Under the pieces are notes generated by a model, which ran no database searches, was not told the DNA's origin, and worked only from the letters and a program-made list of their open reading frames with translations. A DNA stretch of 62,435 bases, filler included, from Hausera hauseri (Eukaryota): the NCBI GenBank assembly GCA_046269625.1. It is 11 parts of 11 records of this genome, joined end to end, with 100 filler letters (N's around TTAATTAATTAA, not from the genome) between each part and the next. Parts side by side here need not be neighbours in the genome. Positions count along the whole stretch, not along the records: positions 24,059 to 30,675 come from JBJURY010081325.1; positions 30,776 to 36,912 come from JBJURY010135206.1; positions 37,013 to 41,909 come from JBJURY010399589.1; 8 more parts are not named here. The stretch is one strand, 5' to 3'. Shown piece after piece: positions 28,113 to 40,200 of the stretch. The position numbers and the translations under genes were made by a program. How positions within the stretch are numbered: the first letter of the stretch is position 1; each line of letters starts with the position of its first letter.

Positions 28113-29570
28113 GAGAGTCAACTGAAGTCCACGATTTTCTCTCATGTGCCGTTTAACCGAAATAGTCCCCGACAATGTCTCTCCCTCGGTCAATGGTATT
28201 TCTTCGGCAAGCAACAAAATCGTTTGCTGCCAATGAGTTGGCGTAGCTTGCGGACTTGTGGAGAACATTACTTGTTTCTCCGTTACCGTGTTAGGCGCGA
28301 AGAAAAACGTATCGAAATAAGCGACAATTGCGCCAACTTTGCCCGATCGCATATCAATCAATGTGAAATGTTCATTTATAGTTTGAGTACAGACGTTGTC
28401 ATTGGCAAAGGCCAAGTCCTGGACATCGTAATTACGTATACAAACTGTGTTTGTCATTATATCATTTAAGGGAACTATATCAACGATGACTTCTTTCGAT
28501 ATGTGACTTTTCATATTTTCCATATTGATTCCGTAAACATCATCCCAACAATCGATATTGTTTTGACGATATGTTGCCAAATTAGCACCGACAATGTTGA
28601 GTGTAAAATGGCGAGGAAAAACCAACCCACTAACAGGTCTTAGGTACCGTTTGCAAACATACAAAACTGATTCCAACATGGATTCATATATCAAAAAATA
28701 ACCCATCCATTCGGAAATTATAACGTAAACCTTTTCGCAATGAATCTGGATATCTTCAAGTCGTCCGTGTATCAATTTTACTTTATCACTGAAACCATTC
28801 TTTTCAACAATAGCCTTTGCATGGTAGATAATATCAGCACAATCCACACCATAATCGTGTTTCGCACCAGCCCTAGCAGCAAACATACTGAGAATACCGG
28901 TACCACAGCCGATATCAAGAATAACTTTACCATTGAAGTGCTCACAGCAGATTTCTTCATTGAATCGTCTGTATGATTCAGTTCTAACTTTATCCTTAAT
29001 AATAATATCGTGAATTGAATAATGAGAATATCCGCTAAAATAAGCAATATCCTCGTCACCCAACTTCTTAATTATTGAAATATCACAGAAAACATGTGAA
29101 TTCTCCACTAAACTGTCTTTATCCATTAATTCCATCAATTTCTCTTGTAGATTTGATATCGTCTGCTCATACAATTTTATTTGGGACTGCAATTCACTGA
29201 TATTCTCAGAAGTTTCTTGAAATAATGCCTTACCATAAATTGCACTAAAGTCACAGAATAATAAGCTATCGTTAGCTAAGTAAGGTTTTAGATATTCCTC
29301 ATCTTTCCAATGCCCAGACTGGATTTCGTCAACAGTTATTGAAAATATTTTTTTTCTTAAATAGTTTACAAATTTTATCCAGTCATATTCATCTTTAATA
29401 TTTGCAACGTCTAGTATATGCTTGATATTTGTGTTGTGGTCTCTAAATACATGATCAAGCATATTCATAGCATTGTTAAATTGCTGATCATAACATAAGC
29501 ATAAGTATGAATTATCAACGAAATCGTCATCGCAAATACTACCTTCGCTAGATAAATCGCAATCGGACAT
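28113..29570 (-). pseudogene. PRMT3: Protein arginine methyltransferase 3-like, near full length, intronless; natural stop replaced by the TM9SF2 fusion
   Basis: N-terminal zinc-finger-like region and YDWIKFVNYLRK, YLKP..ND.LL, YFSGYSHYSIH..KDKVRTESY, VILDIGCGTGILSMFAARAGA, IISEWMGYFLIYESML, STSPQATPTHWQQT; several conserved positions substituted (HDIIIKD, KVYVII). Confidence 0.9.
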
Positions 29571-29646
29571 CTGATGTATTTGATTCAAATTTGGATTTCT
29601 AGACTGGAGTTTGAAAATTCAACGTTGACCAAAGTTTAGAGGTAAA

Positions 29647-29670
29647 CAGCTCTGACACCAATTGTAGTAT
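29647..29670 (-). promoter_or_regulatory. LTR 3' terminus (...ACTACA) plus primer-binding-site-like TGGTGTCAGA
   Basis: Minus strand reads ATACTACA AT TGGTGTCAGAGCTG; AATAAA ~130 nt upstream; same junction as at 50965-50989. Confidence 0.65.
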
Positions 29671-30781
29671 GTAACTGTCGACAAATATGTTGAGATTGAA
29701 TATAATAAAAATTCCAAACGGTTATAGAAAAGAAAATCTGACTCCAATGGTAAAATGCACAGATTACTAGCAAAAATCAAAATGGACAATAATCGATTTT
29801 ATTTGACTTCAATTTACAAATTGTAATTATAAATAATAAATTAAAACAAAATTCCAACACTTGACAAAATAAAACCAGAATCATCTGCCGACATTTTGAA
29901 AAAGTAAAGTCCACTCAAATCGATATCAGATGGCTGAGACGTATCCAAACACAAATGAAAGGCGTTCGGTTTTGGTAAGACGTATGAAATAATTTTCATA
30001 TTGAGCGAGTTGGTACCATTCTATGATAAAGAAAGCTGAACACATTTTGGATCACTATCTGACGAGATCTGATGACATAAAATGTTTTAATCCTTTGACG
30101 TTTGGAGGTACAGTAAAACTGAAGAAAATATGTATTTTCACACTTTGGTGGCCTAAAAATAATCAGGGTTGTGCATTTTTGGAGTTGTTTACTTGGTATT
30201 TTCACAGATGTTTTTTTCACTCTTACATGTGTTTTTTCTGCTCTTTTTCTGCCCACTATCTCTTGCGTCACTCGGAGCTTATAACTTCCTCAGCATACGT
30301 GAATGCGTTCGCATTCCTCCATCGGAAACTTTACAGCAAGGGTGAATGCGTTTCTTGCTCTGACTGTGTCATGAGATGACGGTATTCTGTCAGATGAGAA
30401 GTCGTGAACAATCTTGTTTAAAATCTTGTTGTGTGTGTATTTTCTTCTTACAATGGCTTCACATACAGTGTTTCAGTTCTATATTTTAAAACTTTTTTAT
30501 CTCCATTTGGAGTCTTATTTATTGCATGTTTTTTTAAAGTCCAGTAATAATTCAGTCTGGGTCTTTTTAAGATGGCAGAAGAGGACTTGGTGAGTGAGTG
30601 AATGAGTGGGTGGTACATAAGGTTCAGCGAACGAATAGTAAGGAATGAAGGATAAGGTAGATCTACTAGCAATCANNNNNNNNNNNNNNNNNNNNNNNNN
30701 NNNNNNNNNNNNNNNNNNNTTAATTAATTAANNNNNNNNNNNNNNNNNNNNNNNNNNNNNNNNNNNNNNNNNNNNTTTAAA

Positions 30782-31480
30782 GATATTGCTTTTGAAATAA
30801 TTTACCCAAAAGGATGCAAAGAATAGTCATAAGGATTAAAAGAAGAAGAATTGAAAAGAAGACTCAATGATTTAATTTGAACATTAGATGTTCTTAGTAA
30901 CGAAAATCCATAGAACCAGGATTCTTTGCTGTATGGTGGTAGAATTAATAGTGAAGACAATCTGCTAATGTCATGAAGCAGTAAAGAAAGTGTTAAACAA
31001 TACAAAGGACTCCTCTATCATTTATATAGTGAACAGTTTCTGGGTCACCGCGACTCTGAAGTTCAACTTCGAGTAGGTAATTGTATTTGGTTGCTATCTA
31101 AAATATGTACTGCTGAGAAACTATTTAATTTATTTACTGAACCCTCAGGTTTGATTAAGACAGTTTTAGATTTCTTGTTGAAATGCCTAAATCATTTGGC
31201 CTCAATAAAGTCTGTTCATGATAAACATTACATCAATTGCCATAAGATTTTTTTGATTTGTCGTGAAACGGACATATTTACCCTACATGTAAATCTTGAT
31301 TCATCCAACGGTGTTTTAGCCGACGTTGTTTGTTTTTTACAATATCATTAGAAAATTTTCCGAATGGGGTATTGATAAATCATCAAACGATATAGGGCAT
31401 GACTTTATTATCCATCTATTTGATAAGAGTTGTTATTATACACGTGAAATTGCTACCGTTTATACTTAATTTTCTTGCTG
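30782..31480 (+). pseudogene. PDS5: PDS5 (cohesin regulator) N-terminal fragment
   Basis: IIYPKGCKE*S*GLKEEELKRRL and YKGLLYHLYSEQFLGHRDSEVQLRVGNCI parallel PDS5 ITYPPGVKEISDKISKEEMVRRL and [26 protein letters not shown]; in-frame stops; no introns. Confidence 0.7.
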
Positions 31481-31489
31481 AGTGAAGTG

Positions 31490-33523
31490 CATTTTTATCA
31501 TCCTCATCGACGACGACAATTCTGAATAATATTACATCCACTGAGTCCTTAAACAAAACTCTTCCCAGCGGTTCGTCAAAATCAGTAATAGTAGTCTTCG
31601 GACTTTAACCCATACGGCATATGTTACGACGGAATCTTCATCAAAAGAGACTGCATGGACTAGGTTGGCTAATTTTACATCTGTTTACCCTTTAAATACA
31701 ACTACTTTTATAGAAACGTCTAAATTGATTAATTATAGTAGATCTACACCGTCCATTATGGGGAATAGTTCTTTAAGTACCTCTGAATCGTACTTTCCAA
31801 CGTCTATTGTTCGGAGTGGTATTAAGTCAAGTTTCACTTCAAAAACGTCTCTATCCACTGGATTGCCAAAATCAACTAACCATAATATTCCTATTTCAAC
31901 GCATAAAGATTATTTTACTACTCCATTTTCATCAAGCCATAAGAACATGACTATTCCTAATAACATTACATCATTCTCTTCTTCAAAGACCAGTGCTCAA
32001 ATAGAGCCATCGAAACCAGTTACTGGAAGTTTTGTAACACCTTCAATTATGAACAATGATCTTTCGATTGTTTTTTCGTCATAGTTCTCAACTTCGAACA
32101 TTTTGAGAAACATTTCAACGATTCATTCTTCGCAAACAACACGTCTAACTGGATCGTCAAACCCCGTTAGACACACTACTTTAACATCAACTCATGTGGG
32201 TCATGGTTATAGAACATCATCTGTTTCAAATAAAACAAAATGGACTATTTTGAATAACTTTACGTCAGGTCATTCCGTTAACACTGCGTTTGTAACTCAG
32301 TCACCGGAATCGACTACCGGTAGTGTATATACATCTTTTATTGCAGATGGTGCTTCTTTAGGTACATCTGAATCAAATTTACCCAAATCGACTCACTTGA
32401 GTACAGTTGCATACACTGAGCCGTCAAACATGACACTTCTAATGAGCTTCCTGACTTCAGCAAGTAGGTTATTTTCTACGCCGAAATCTTCATCAAGACA
32501 AACAAAATGGACAATTCCGATTAACGTAACATGCGTCCATCACTCCAACACGGCGTATATATCAAAGTCGTCGAAAGTGACACGTGGTACTACCCCTACA
32601 CTTTCGTATGTTAGTAATGATATATCTAGTACACCTGAATTCAACTTTTCTAAATCGACTCTCTAATACCGTTTCATCCGCTACTCCATCGAGAATGACA
32701 CTTACTGATAGATCTTCAAAATCCCCTGGCTTTAGTACTCTAACGTCACATAGTAGATATGAGTCTACAACAGAAGCTCAATCAAACCACACAAAATGGA
32801 CAATTATTAATAACTTTACATCCTTTCATACTTCACACTCGTCGAAAGCGACTAGCGGTAGTACTCCTACATAATCTTATGTGGGTAATGGTTCTTTAAC
32901 TACGTCTTTATCGCATGTTTCGACACCGTCAAGTCTGGATAACTTTACCTCAATTCAGCCTTCTACAATGTCACTTCAAACGAGATCGTTAATATCAACT
33001 AATAGGAGTTCTCTAATGTCATCACATGAAGGTTATAACTTTACGGCATCATCTAAACTAAACCAAACAGCATGGAATATACTAAGTATGTGTACACCAG
33101 TTCAGTCTTCCAAGACGGCTGTTGTGACTGAATTATCGGAGATGTTTAACAGTAGTGCTCTCACAAATATACATATTAATAATGGTTCAGCAAGAACTTC
33201 TATATCGACCTTGTCAAAATCGACTATTCAATAATATTACATCAACCCACCCATCAAAAACCACTCTTTCAACTGGACAGTCAAAATCGACCGATCGAAC
33301 AAATATTACAACAACATATGAGGAATATGGATCTCTGACTACATCTATTATGAGCGGCGTTACATCAGTACATCCGTCAGTAACGACCCCTCTTACAGAA
33401 TCGTCAAAATCTGTTTACGACAGTACATATATAGGTATTGGTTCTACGGGTACATCTGCATTGAATTTCTTTTTATTTATCAAGTCTTCAGATATAATGC
33501 TTTCAACCGAAGCTTCAAAATAG
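31490..33523 (+). pseudogene. Mucin-like Ser/Thr-rich protein fragment with ~6 degenerate ~95-aa repeats
   Basis: Successive S/T-rich frames; repeat core (N)xTKWTIxNNFTS at ~31651, 31941, 32235, 32502, 32791, 33067; many N-x-S/T sequons. Confidence 0.75.
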
Positions 33524-33524
33524 G

Positions 33525-36500
33525 CCACCCCGCATTTTGCTGCCTGTCCCGCCTGGGCAAAAATCCCGACCGCCAACCCTGCGCTGGTCGGTTGGATGGC
33601 GCCTTCGACATCGGCCCCTCGTTATGCCCCCAGGCGCACCACTGCTCCCACTTCCATTTTTTTCTTTCCTAACACTATACATTTATACCCTAAACACAAC
33701 ACATCCACACATTCCCACCCTTCAGACCCGCATTTCTTTTCCCCTGGGTTCTTCTGACTTTTACCTCACCCATCACGGTACTATCATACATCCCAACGAA
33801 ACTTTACCTTCCTTTTCAAATCATGCTTGCTTCAACATACATTTCCGTATCCGTGGTGGAATGAACACTTCCCCAACCATTGACACTACGGATACAACCA
33901 CCACAAAAAAGCCAATACCCATTCTCTAATACTCCAAACCAAACCCTCCACCTACTTCAATTGATGAAAATCCTCACAAAAATCCTACCAATACTTCATG
34001 CTGCACTGAATACTTCATAGATAATGAAAAATCCAGTAAAACGTGGCTTCACTTCCATCAACTTTGGTTACAGTCCAACGGTATCACAGACTCCTTATCC
34101 AAAGCCCATAGCCTACCCTATCTTCTCCCAAACTCGATAAAAGCCTCAATCCATAACTTACTAGACATCTTTTAACACCCTGACCCTTATACCAAATTAT
34201 TCGACGCTGTATTAAAACAGATAGAACCATCAATCGACGTTTCTTTAATGAAAATTCACTGGGGACACAAAAACCCAGTGACTTCCTACGCACCTCGTTA
34301 GCACACTTGCGTACATTTGGCGTCACTAAGGAGCACAACCCAGATCTTCTACACCAATATTTTCTTAATGCGCTACCTATCCAAATCCGGACCCTCCTTA
34401 CCGTGGTGGAAGACTCCACGCCGCTTAAAAATTGGCCGAATTGGCCGATAGGACACACGATGTCCTACACGCAAATTCTCAACCAGTAGTTTCAGCAGCA
34501 GTTACCGCAAATGATAACACATCTATAAAACAACAACTTAGTCAGCTACGTGCTGAAAACATTGCACTGCATGCAACAATCAATAATATCAATAATAAAT
34601 TAAACAAATTGTCTCCGTCTCGACGGGGAGAGGGGTTTGCCTCTGATCATATTCGTTCTGCGTCACGAAATCGTTCACCATCGCAGGCGCGTTTGTCGAT
34701 CTGCTATTACCACAGCATATTTAACACTAATGCACAGAAATACTGCCTGGGTTGCCCATTTTATAGCAAGAATCTTTCCTCGGACACCGTTGTTTGCATT
34801 TACCGTGCAAGATTTAAAAATCAAGCACGTAAATGTATCTCCGGCTGCACCTTCAAATCCAGTACGAACGACGGACTTACTGCCTTCACTTCTCACAGTC
34901 GTCCCAGTTCATCTTTTCAAAAGAAACTAAGTTCGCCGCCAGCGGTCACGGCAAACTCTGGCAAAGGCTCTGCTTCACATTCTGTACACCGACACGTCTC
35001 TTTTGCAGTCTTTACTCTAAAGGCTGCAATTCCTGCCCCTTCAACACAATCTACTGACTTTCTCATCGATATAGGTGCAGCAATTTCCTTCCTACCATAA
35101 ACTTTTCCCGTACAAAATTCTCCATTCAAGATCAAACACTTATACACTGCTTCAGGCCAACCGGTACACATTTCTGGCGCGACTAAACTATTTTTCACTC
35201 TGCCGAATTTTCTTTCACCCTTCCACTAGACGTTTACAGTAGCTAACGTCCGAGTCGGAAATTCTAGGATTTGATTTTCTCTCACACTACAACTTACTGG
35301 TTGACTGCAGCCAAGGATATCTCAGGAGAGGCACCGTTGGAGACATTTCTGGACATGTAAATAGCATTTCGACTACCGCTCAGTCGACAGGAATGCGGAA
35401 GCCTATCTTAAAAAAATCAATGAATAATTCAATTTTTTATAACAATAATTCTATTCGTAAATTTTTAAACAACAATATGGATATACGATCGAGATTTGAT
35501 GTCGATAGGTGTGATACTGCTACCAACGTTCACTCATTCGACGACAATACCTTAGCCAACACCATTTTTTACTCAACCATCTTGCTCCATATACCACTTG
35601 ACTACACATCACCTAACAACTCACAAATTGCATCTGCTACTACTCAAGCAGTTGCACCACTTTCACCGAATCTCTCACAGCTACCTACAACTTTACAACA
35701 GTTCGTCAACACATCTTGCTCACGCGTACTTAAAGAAGACCATACTTTTACGCCCGCAAACAACACTTTACACCACATAGTCACACAGCACCAACATCCA
35801 ATACGCCAAAAAATACGGCCTCTTTCACCTCGTCGTAGACAGGCCGTAGAAGACGAATTTCTTGAGCTAGAACGCTCCGGCATCGTACGCCGCTCCAAAT
35901 CTCCTTGGTCATCACCGTTACACATTGTACAAAAAAGGACGGTACCTTTAGACCATGCGGTGATTACCGACAGCTTAACAACTTGACTATCATGGATGCG
36001 TATCCTTTACCATTTATGAAGGATATCCTGCATCGTCTTAATTCAACCACCATCTTATAAACCATTGATTTAGCTAAAGCCTATCATCAAATAGCGGTGG
36101 CACCCAAAGACATAAAAAAACCGCAGTAACTACGCCTTTTGGCCTCTATGACTACCTATTCATGCCATTTGGTTTACGGACTGCCGCACAAACTTTTTAG
36201 CGGCACTTTGATTCAGTTCTTGCAGATTTTCCGTTTGCACACCCTTATATCAACGATATCCTAGTCGTTTCATCTTTGGCCAAACAACATGAAGAATACC
36301 TTCATGCAATATTTCAACGTCTCCATCACCATAATCTACAAAACAATTTTGACAAATGCCAATTTTTCAAAAAAAGCACATTAACTTTTTAGGCCACGTT
36401 ATTACACCAGACGGTCATTCTCCCCAATTAGACCGAGTCGATGCTCTTAAAAACATCCAATTGCCACGTACGACCACGGAAATGCGTAGCGTTCTTGGCA

Positions 36501-36912
36501 CACTCCACTTTGTACATAAATATGTGCCATATTGCTCGGAATTAACAGCTCCATTCGCATACCTAAGCGGCGGCAAAAAACATTAGCCAATCCAGTGGAC
36601 ACCTAAATTGATTGACAAATTCGACAAACTACGTGACGGAATCAAAACCGTCGACATTCTAGCTTTTCCCAAGCCTGAAGCAGAACTTATCCTCATCACA
36701 GACGCCTCAACCACCGCAGTAGGCGCTGTACTCCATCAGATCTACAAGGGAGAAAAGCAACCATTAGAATTTTTCTCTCGCAAACTAACAACACCTGAAA
36801 CCAGGTATTCCACATTAGATCGAGAACTATTGGCAATTGTTCTCGCCCTCAAACATTTCTCACACTTACTCGTCGATCGTCATTTCACTCTACAGACTGA
36901 CCACAAGCCTTT
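33525..36912 (+). mobile_element. Decayed Ty3/Gypsy element, CsRn1/Kabuki-type (same subfamily as 24059-27330)
   Basis: GC-rich leader, UBL-gag, two CHCC-type fingers, PR FLIDIGAAIS, RT, RH ITDAS..DRELLAIV..QTDHKP; nucleotide similarity to the 24059-27330 copy. Confidence 0.93.
33624..33860 (+). CDS. Ubiquitin-like domain (79 aa, open from ATG) at the Gag N-terminus
   Basis: MPPGAPLLPLPFFSFLTLYIYTLNTTHPHIPTLQTRISFPLGSSDFYLTHHGTIIHPNETLPSFSNHACFNIHFRIRGG|MNTS; GG at 33855-33860. Confidence 0.75.
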
Positions 36913-37012
36913 NNNNNNNNNNNNNNNNNNNNNNNNNNNNNNNNNNNNNNNNNNNNTTAATTAATTAANNNNNNNNNNNNNNNNNNNNNNNNNNNNNNNN
37001 NNNNNNNNNNNN

Positions 37013-37221
37013 TGCAAAATCGATTTATCGATTACCCCTTCCCCCCGGGAGTGGAGCAGAATCGCCATTTTCCCCCTACTACTATGTGCTGTTCGTCTGC
37101 TAAATAAAATATAGACCAAACGGTAACGAAGCGGGACAAAATATCGTTCCGCCCTAGCTGCGCCAAAACGGTGAATCTATTGCCAGAAATAGAGGGCCAT
37201 GTCTTAGACCGTGGCACTACA
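37013..37221 (-). repeat. 3' LTR (partial), beginning TGTAGTGCC
   Basis: Directly follows a polypurine tract downstream of integrase; truncated by the scaffold edge. Confidence 0.8.
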
Positions 37222-37234
37222 TCACCCCCCTCCC
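37222..37234 (-). promoter_or_regulatory. Polypurine tract GGGAGGGGGGTGA
   Basis: G-rich run immediately 5' of TGTAG on the minus strand. Confidence 0.8.
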
Positions 37235-40200
37235 GTGGCAGGAAAGGAACTGTAGGGTAAAAAAGAAGGAGGTGAAACGCTAAAAATGTTTAGTGCCTAT
37301 TGGGTTTTGGTGTGTATGAGGCGTTATGTTCCGTCTACGGATTTTTCTTTGCTATAGGTACTAAATGTCACTCTGCGTGTCCTATTTGGTTGGATTGTGC
37401 TTGGTAGTTGAACGATGTTTTGTGGTGGATGTTTTGTAAGGTTTTAGGATTCACTGTGCTGTGTTGCGTGAGGTGACGGCTTTGAAGATGGTGAAGGGAA
37501 TAAATTGAAGGATAGAGGCGAAGAAACTGAAGGTGGTGGGGATGGTGAAAGAGAGGGGAAGAAGCGTGTGAAGAAAACGGAGTAAACGGTGTAGATTCAG
37601 TAAGCGGTGCGGAAGTTGAGGATGATTTAGTGTGAGATAAAAGTGGTTGCTGCAACGGAGCGAAATCGTGGAGTAAGTTTGAGGAAGGAATGGAAGGAGT
37701 CAGAGTTGAGTTAGGATTGGATGTAGAATCGGAATCCGGGTTGTCATCAACGAAGAAAGCGGGTTTAAGATTTGAAATGTGGACATTGTAGGGTTTTTCT
37801 TGGCGTAAGATAGTAGCTGTATAAGATGAGAGGTGAAGTAGTTTGTATGGACCAACATACTGAGGTCGAAAACCCGAAGGTGATTGATCCTTCAGCCATA
37901 CAAACTTGGCTGAGTATAAATCCTTCGGTGTGTACCATTTGTTATTGTTAAATAAACGACAGGATGAGTCTGAGTTGACTTCGACAAAGTGTGACTGTGC
38001 CGCGCGAATGTTTTCGTCTGTCGGATTGTCGTCAAGGTCGGAGAGTTCGAAAAGGGCCCGTATTGGAGTCCCAAAAAGTGCCTCGGCTGGAGCACAACCC
38101 GTGGTGGTAGAGGGAGTGTTGCGCCAACCGAGTAGAACGAATGGCAGTATAAGCGTCTAATTGCGATGATTGACTGCTAGGATTTTTAAAAAATTTTTCA
38201 TAGTTCGATGGAATCTTTCAAGAAGTCCATTTGCTTGTGGGTGGTACGGTGTTGTATGCAGATGTGATATACCCAAGCGTTTAACAAGCGATTTAAAAAA
38301 TTCTGACTTGAACTGCGGACCTTGGTCCGTTATGATGTGCCGTGGGGATCCGAAACGACTTATCCAGATTTTGATGAAGGCATCTGCTACTGAATCAGTG
38401 TTTGTTGAACGGAGAGGAACGGCTTCTGGCCAGCGAGAATCACGATCCATCATAGTGAGAATGTGTTGATATCCGTTGCCGGACGGTAAAGGTCCGACGA
38501 GATCAAGATGGACAGTATAAAAACGTGATGTACATGGGAAATGGTAAAGCGGCGATTTAAGATGTTTGTTGATTTTGTATTTTTGACAGGCGATACATTC
38601 CTTAACCCAACCTTGTACATCTGTGCGCATTGATGGCCAAACTATATTACGTTGGAGTAGGCGAAAAGTGACTTTCGAGCCTGGATGATGAAGCGAATGT
38701 GTGTGAAGAAAAGCTGGCTTTTGCAGAGAAGGAGCGAAAATGATTTTTCAATACTGGGGTTAGATGTGTCGTATGCGATTCCATCAATGATTTCGAATGA
38801 TTTGAAAGAGTTAAGAATATCAGCAGACGGTTGATTGATCTTTAGAATTTCGGTAGAAAATATTGGTTCGACCGTGATTGAGCCGATCGACCGTGATAGG
38901 AAATCCGCAACCAAATTATCCGTACCTGAAATATGCTTTATGACGAAACTAAATGTGGATGGGTACGATATCTGGCATTCCTGCCTTGGTGATTGTTGTT
39001 TTAGTGACATAATGTGTAGCAGAGGCTTGTGATCCGTTTGGATGATAAATGGGCGCGAGAGAAGGAGATGTTTGAAATGTTTTACTGCCAGAACTATGGA
39101 TAGTAGCTCACGATCAAATGTAGAATATCGGCTTTCTGGTTGTATAAATTTTCGAGAGTAGAATTCCAAAGGTTCGTCAACACCGTTGGAAATTTGGTGT
39201 AGTATTGCACCAGTAGCTGTGGAAGAGGCATCAGTGGTAAGTATTAGCTCCGCGTAGGGTTTTGGGTAGGCCAGAATTTCAACGGTTTTCAGGTCTTCGC
39301 GTAAGTGATCGAATTTTGTGACTAAATCGGGAGTCCATTGGATTAACTGTCTTTTCTTTCCGGATGAAAGGTGTGCGAAAGGTGCCGTAAGCTCAGAGCA
39401 ATGCGGTATGTATTTATGGACAAAATGTAATGTGCCAAGAAAACTTCTCATATCTGTAGTGGGCATTAGTAGTGTTACGTTTTTTAGTTGCTGTAATCGA
39501 TCAGGTTGTGGAGAGTGGCCTTGAGGAGTAATAATATGGCCTAAAAAATTGACACGTTTTTGGAAGAAGTGGCAATTCGGGAAATATAATTGTAAGTTTT
39601 TTGGTGTAACCTAGAGCAAAGGATTCAAATATGTTTATGATGCTGTTTGATGGAAGTGGAAGCAACTAATATGTCATTGATGTGCGGATGAACAGAGTCA
39701 AGTCCCGAGAGAACGGTGTCAATATGCCGTTCAAAAGTTTAGGATGCATTTCATAAGCCGAATGGCATAAAGATATATTCATAAAGGCCAAAAGGAATGA
39801 TGACGGAAGTTTTTGGAGTATCATCAGGTGCAAAACAGGAATCTCATGATAGGCTTTGTGAATGTCGATTATGGAGTATTTGTTAGTGTTGTTAAGGCTG
39901 CGAAAGATGTCCTTAATGCGAGGCAGTGGGTAGGCGCCAATGATAGTTAAGTTGTTCACTTGTCTGTAGTCGCCACATTGTCTATAGGTGCCATATTTCT
40001 TTATTACTACATGTAATGGTGAGGCTCAGAGTGATTATGACTTCTGAATGATTCTGGATTTTTCGAGTTCGTTGAATTCTGATTCAACATCTTTGTGTCT
40101 GAGAGGAGAGAGTGGTCTAACCTTCTTTTTGATTGGTTTCTGGTGTTCTGTGACTATGTGGTGGTAAGTCGAGAAGAGGACTTAAAGTTGGGGTACTTTT

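Noticed and set aside
27810-29588. 592-aa ORF as a genuine single membrane-bound methyltransferase gene
   Set aside because: It resolves into two unrelated genes; the TM9SF part frameshifts soon after, and PRMT3 has substitutions at conserved sites
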